Below are positions 57,628 to 64,000 of a stretch of DNA of 64,000 nucleotides, one piece after another. A model generated the notes under the pieces. It saw only the letters and a program-made list of their open reading frames with translations. It had not been told where the DNA came from and did not search any database. Within the stretch, counting starts at the first letter, position 1; each line of letters begins with the position of its first letter. The position numbers and the translations under genes are program-made. This stretch comes from an uncultured Bacteroidota bacterium (GTDB lineage Bacteria; Bacteroidota; Ignavibacteria; UBA10030; UBA6906), in the NCBI GenBank assembly GCA_963700635.1, contig CAVOYH010000003.1:800001-864000 (forward strand), given 5' to 3'.

Positions 57628-59855
57628 ATGCTTGTCGCCGGAGGGGTCTATGTTGTCATTGCGCTCCTGTGCACACAGATTCCCCTTTTTGATCATCCCG
57701 GCTATGAGTTTGCTTTTGTGTTCGCCATCGCGGGATCTCTGCTGTCGGGTTTTCTTACCATCCGGAAAGTTGTTCCCCTGTACAGGGTTCCCGGCGAACC
57801 TGCCGGGTTCCGCACGCTCCACCACTTTGCCAAGGCACTAGCGCTCAACCTCGCGCTGCTGCTCATTCCTTTCGCCGTCATTCTGCTGAACGGGTTGTTC
57901 GTTCCCCTGTGCGACGTCACGGAAGGGGCGCTGTTTTTTATCCTCCTCCCCGTTGTCAGCGTGACGTTCTCTGTCGCACTCGGGCTGTTTTGTGCCGTAC
58001 ACTACCGGCGAAGCAATCGGGTGTTTCTGTTTTACGTGATCCTCAGCATTGTCTATGTCCTCTTTATCGGGTACACCACCCCTGCCATTCATTCATATAA
58101 TTTTTTCTACGGCTATTTCCCCGGTCTGAGTTATGATGAACTGCTCCCCCTCGAAACACCGCTTGTCCTCTTCCGGGTCCTTACCCTTGGTGTGGCCGCG
58201 CTGCTGGTATGGCTGGCGTATGTTCTCGTGCAGAACACATCCCCCGACAGCGGCGCCATCAGGAAGGGTGTGAAGCTGCTTCTGGTTCTGTGGCGTGAGT
58301 ACCGCCCGGCGGCGTTGGCCGTTTGTGGGGTTTTCCTGATGCTGTACTGGTTCCGCTGCGAGCTCGGGTGGGAATCCACTTCCGCGTATATCCGGGACCA
58401 GCTCGGGAGTGTTCGCGAAACAACCTACTTCGTAATCTGCTATGATTCGACCTCCTATCCCGGCGAAGCGGCCGACCGCCTTGCGGCGGAACACGAGTTC
58501 CAGCTCAAACAGATTCTTTCAGAATTTTCGCTGCCGCGGACCGAGAAGATTACCTCCTATGTGTATCCGGAGGCCACAACCAAACGCCGGTTCATTGGAG
58601 CCGGAGTCACAGAACTTGCAAAACCCTGGAACCGGGAAATCCATATCACCGTGCAGGGTGTAGAGTCGAGCCTTCGTCATGAATTGGTCCACGTTGTAGC
58701 GGCTCCGTTCGGGGTGCCGGTGTTGCAGGCGAGTTTGAGTCCGGGACTTGTGGAGGGCCTTGCTGTGGCGTTGGAAGGATCGTGGGGATACCGTCCGCTG
58801 GAACAGTACGCTGCGGCATTACACCGTGCGGACATTGCCCCTTCCATTGAGCGGTTGATGAGTTTCACCGGATTTGCGGCGCAGTCGTCGACCGTCAGTT
58901 ATGTGCTCGCCGGCGCATTCTGCCGTTTTCTGATTGATCGGTACGGCATGCGTCCGCTTTTGTCGGTGTACCGGAGCGGAGACTACGAGGAAGCGTACGA
59001 GAAATCGCTTGCGGATCTCACATCAGAGTGGCACACCTCGTTGGACAGTGTGGTGGTGGATGAGCAGACCTTTGCCGCAGTGGATGTGTTTTTCCGGCGG
59101 CCTACAATTTTTGGAAAGGTCTGTGTGCGTCTGCATGCCCGCCGCGTTCGTGATGCAAAACAGTTGTATGCGACCCGCCGCTACGATGAAGCGAGTATCC
59201 TTTTTCGCGGACTGGCATCCAGCGGAGGGGGATATGACGCCTATGCGGGACTTCTCTCCACGCTACACCGGCGGGGCGTCTACGTGGAGGCCACAAATCT
59301 GTATGATTCCCTCGTGAGCAATGACCTGTATCCACGTCGGTACCTGCCGCTGGCAATCACCGCGGGTGATGCGGCCTGGGCAATGGGTAACTCCATCCGC
59401 GCCAGATCATTGTACAACCAGGTGCGGATGGCCGATATAGCACCGCATCTGACAGAAGCGGCGCGTGTCCGTCTCTGGGCGCTCGAAGACACGTCTGTTG
59501 CGCGTGCATTCCGTGCTTACTTTCTTGCGGATGTGCCTGACACCGTCCGCGCGGGGATGCTCGTGAACCGGATGGGAGGGAGCGCAGACTCGCTTGCCAT
59601 GTTTCTGCGGGCACATGTATATCAACGGATAGGAAAATACCGTGAGGCCGCTTCTCTGGCTGAACGTGCTGGAATGCTTCCGTATGATCCGTTTCTGGAG
59701 GGACGGAGGAGAGTGTTTCTGGGTGATGTGCTTCTCCGGGTGGGTGCCTATCAGGCTGCGCGCGCACAATACTGGTCATCACTTAACTACGACGCCCGTC
59801 CGTATGCGGTCCGTGATATTCATGACCGAATTGCACGGTGTGAATTCCTGGAGGC

Positions 59856-59865
<10 letters not shown>
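57628..59865 (+). CDS. Multi-TM membrane protein fused to a gluzincin-like metallopeptidase domain and TPR-like tail
   Basis: About seven N-terminal TM helices; LRHELVH with downstream LVEGLA; YVLAGAF..FLIDRYG; helical C-terminus. Confidence 0.65.
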
Positions 59866-62244
<2,379 letters not shown>

Positions 62245-62249
62245 ACCGC

Positions 62250-63653
62250 ATGGCACAGGTTATCAAATTTGGTACGGATGGTTGGCGGGCTGTGATCGCC
62301 GATGATTTTACGTTTGCCAATCTGGAGCGTGTCGCCCTCGCCACCGCGCGTTACTACAAGCGTCACAAGAAAATCCGCAAGGGTATTGTCATCGGGTACG
62401 ATGCGCGGTTTATGTCGCGCGAGTTCGCGGAAAAAACCGCCGAAGTGATTGCCAACACCGGCATACTGGTAAAACTGGCGGACAGCATCGTGACCACGCC
62501 GATGATTTCACTGCTGACGAAGATGGAGAACGCCGCCGGTGGTGTGGTCATTACGGCCAGCCATAATCCTGCCAAGTACAACGGCTTCAAGATCAAAGGT
62601 GATTTCGGCGGCCCGGCCCACCCGGAAATGATCAGCATGGTGGAAAAGGAACTCGCACGGGTCATGAAATTAAAGAACCTGCCGCGCGGGAAATTCACCT
62701 ATCAGCAGCTGGTTGCGAAGCGGAAGATCCTTCCCATCAGCATGAAGCAGCGGTATCTAGACGACCTGACCACAAAGATCGATCTTCCGCTCATCAAGAC
62801 GGCCGGCATCCGGATTCTCTACGATGTGATGTATGGTGCCGGTCAGTCTGCACTCCGGGACCTTCTCCCCGATGTCGCCATGATGCATGAAACCTTTAAT
62901 CCATCATTTGCCGGTGTAAATCCTGAACCGCTCGCGCAAAATCTCACGGAACTCATGAAGCGCGTGAAACAGGAAGGGTACGACATCGGTATTGCCACCG
63001 ACGGGGATGCAGATCGGATCGGCGCGGTGGATGAGAACGGAAACTTCGTGGACTCCCATCGTATCTTTGCTCTTCTGCTCAAGTATCTCTTCGAGCAGAA
63101 GGGCCTCACCGGCGAGGTGGTGAAATCGTTCTCGGTGACGCAGATGATAAACGATCAGTGTGCGAAGTACGGTCTGACGATGCATGAAACCGCCATCGGA
63201 TTCAAGCATATCTGCCGTCTGATGACCGAACGAAATGTGCTTATCGGCGGGGAAGAGAGCGGTGGTCTGGGTGTCAAGGGCCACATCCCGGAACGCGACG
63301 GCATCTTTCTCGGACTGCTTCTCTGTGAAATGATGGCCGTCCGCCGCGCATCACTTGGCACGCTCGTGCAGGAACTGATGGATGAGTACGGACAGCACGA
63401 ATTCAAACGGATTGATCTGCATGTTACCGAAAAGGAAAAAGCAGCAATCATGGCGAAGTATCGGCGCGGTGTAAAGACACTTGCCGGGTACCCCGTCACG
63501 GGACGGATGGATACGGACGGGTTCAAGTTCTTTGTCCATCGCGGATGGGTTCTTGTCCGTGCTTCAGGCACTGAACCGCTCATCCGGTTCTATGCGGAGG
63601 GTGACAGCACCGCTATGGTGGATGCGCTTCTCGCAGCAGCAACACAACGGTGA
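62250..63653 (+). CDS. Phosphoglucomutase/phosphomannomutase family protein
   Basis: FGTDGWR, TASHNP, DGDADR, GEESGG, RASGTEP. Confidence 0.95.
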   Translation: MAQVIKFGTDGWRAVIADDFTFANLERVALATARYYKRHKKIRKGIVIGYDARFMSREFAEKTAEVIANTGILVKLADSIVTTPMISLLTKMENAAGGVVITASHNPAKYNGFKIKGDFGGPAHPEMISMVEKELARVMKLKNLPRGKFTYQQLVAKRKILPISMKQRYLDDLTTKIDLPLIKTAGIRILYDVMYGAGQSALRDLLPDVAMMHETFNPSFAGVNPEPLAQNLTELMKRVKQEGYDIGIATDGDADRIGAVDENGNFVDSHRIFALLLKYLFEQKGLTGEVVKSFSVTQMINDQCAKYGLTMHETAIGFKHICRLMTERNVLIGGEESGGLGVKGHIPERDGIFLGLLLCEMMAVRRASLGTLVQELMDEYGQHEFKRIDLHVTEKEKAAIMAKYRRGVKTLAGYPVTGRMDTDGFKFFVHRGWVLVRASGTEPLIRFYAEGDSTAMVDALLAAATQR

Positions 63654-63755
63654 GGTAATGCTGTCCAACTTCTCGTTCTTTCTCCATCCGGCCAGCTCTT
63701 CGATCTTCCGGACGCAGGAGCCAGAGACACAGAGAGCGACACGAAGGAACGATTT

Positions 63756-64000
63756 ATGTCATCCATGATCTACTATACCATCATGCCCGATGGCACGGTG
63801 AAGCAATTAAATCCGTTCACCGGCACGGAAGTCTGGGCTGTGGCAGGACGCCGCGGTAAGCCGATTGCAAACGATGTCAAGCATACCGCGATGCCGCTTG
63901 AGATACATGATCCCGAAGACTACTGCAGTTTTTGCTCGCCACGGTATTTCGAAACCGCTCCCGAAAAATCACGCCTCATCTGTACCAACGGAACCTGGCA
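63756..64000 (+). CDS. DUF4921 / GalT-like protein (runs off the 3' end of the window)
   Basis: Not in the ORF track; my translation MSSMIYYTIMPDGTVKQLNPFTGTEVWAVAGRRGKP..CSFC..ETAPEK. Confidence 0.75.
   Translation, partial: MSSMIYYTIMPDGTVKQLNPFTGTEVWAVAGRRGKPIANDVKHTAMPLEIHDPEDYCSFCSPRYFETAPEKSRLICTNGTW

Noticed and set aside
63658-63768. 36-codon ORF overlapping the DUF4921 gene start by ATGA
   Set aside because: Poor SD spacing and no protein features; the DUF4921 gene has its own SD-led ATG at 63756

Overview
A gene-dense chromosomal segment, roughly 55-60% GC by eye, that is mostly core housekeeping genes. It runs from the 3' end of ftsZ through lon, dnaX, rseP/dxr, pyrF, yggS-divIVA-punA-ileS-dksA-like-lspA-rluD, rlmN-adk, tmk, cydAB, murA and eno to a phosphohexomutase. 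The gene families (PorV-like, DUF2851, DUF6588, type-2 IleRS) suggest an FCB-group diderm. The E. coli-like TTGNNN-17-TANNNT promoters and Shine-Dalgarno use fit an Ignavibacteria/Chlorobi-like lineage better than Bacteroidia; this is an inference. I saw no rRNA, tRNA, CRISPR array, IS element or prophage. Two modules stand out as possibly undescribed systems. (1) 12.4-14.2 kb: a MauE/DoxX-like CGC membrane protein, a small exported 4-Cys peptide and a membrane-anchored NHL beta-propeller. (2) 15.4-21.9 kb, minus strand: an exported Ig-like protein, a stand-alone FecR-domain protein, a large outer-membrane barrel and a CHASE2 adenylyl cyclase, which may relay a surface signal to cAMP. Smaller signals include an A9/A_AAA_AAG recoding site in dnaX, several leaderless or near-leaderless genes, a 5-codon uORF coupled to dxr, an apparently inactive CHAT lipoprotein, a GIHH-motif IleRS and a frameshifted yggS. 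All family assignments come from motif recognition by eye; no database searches were run.
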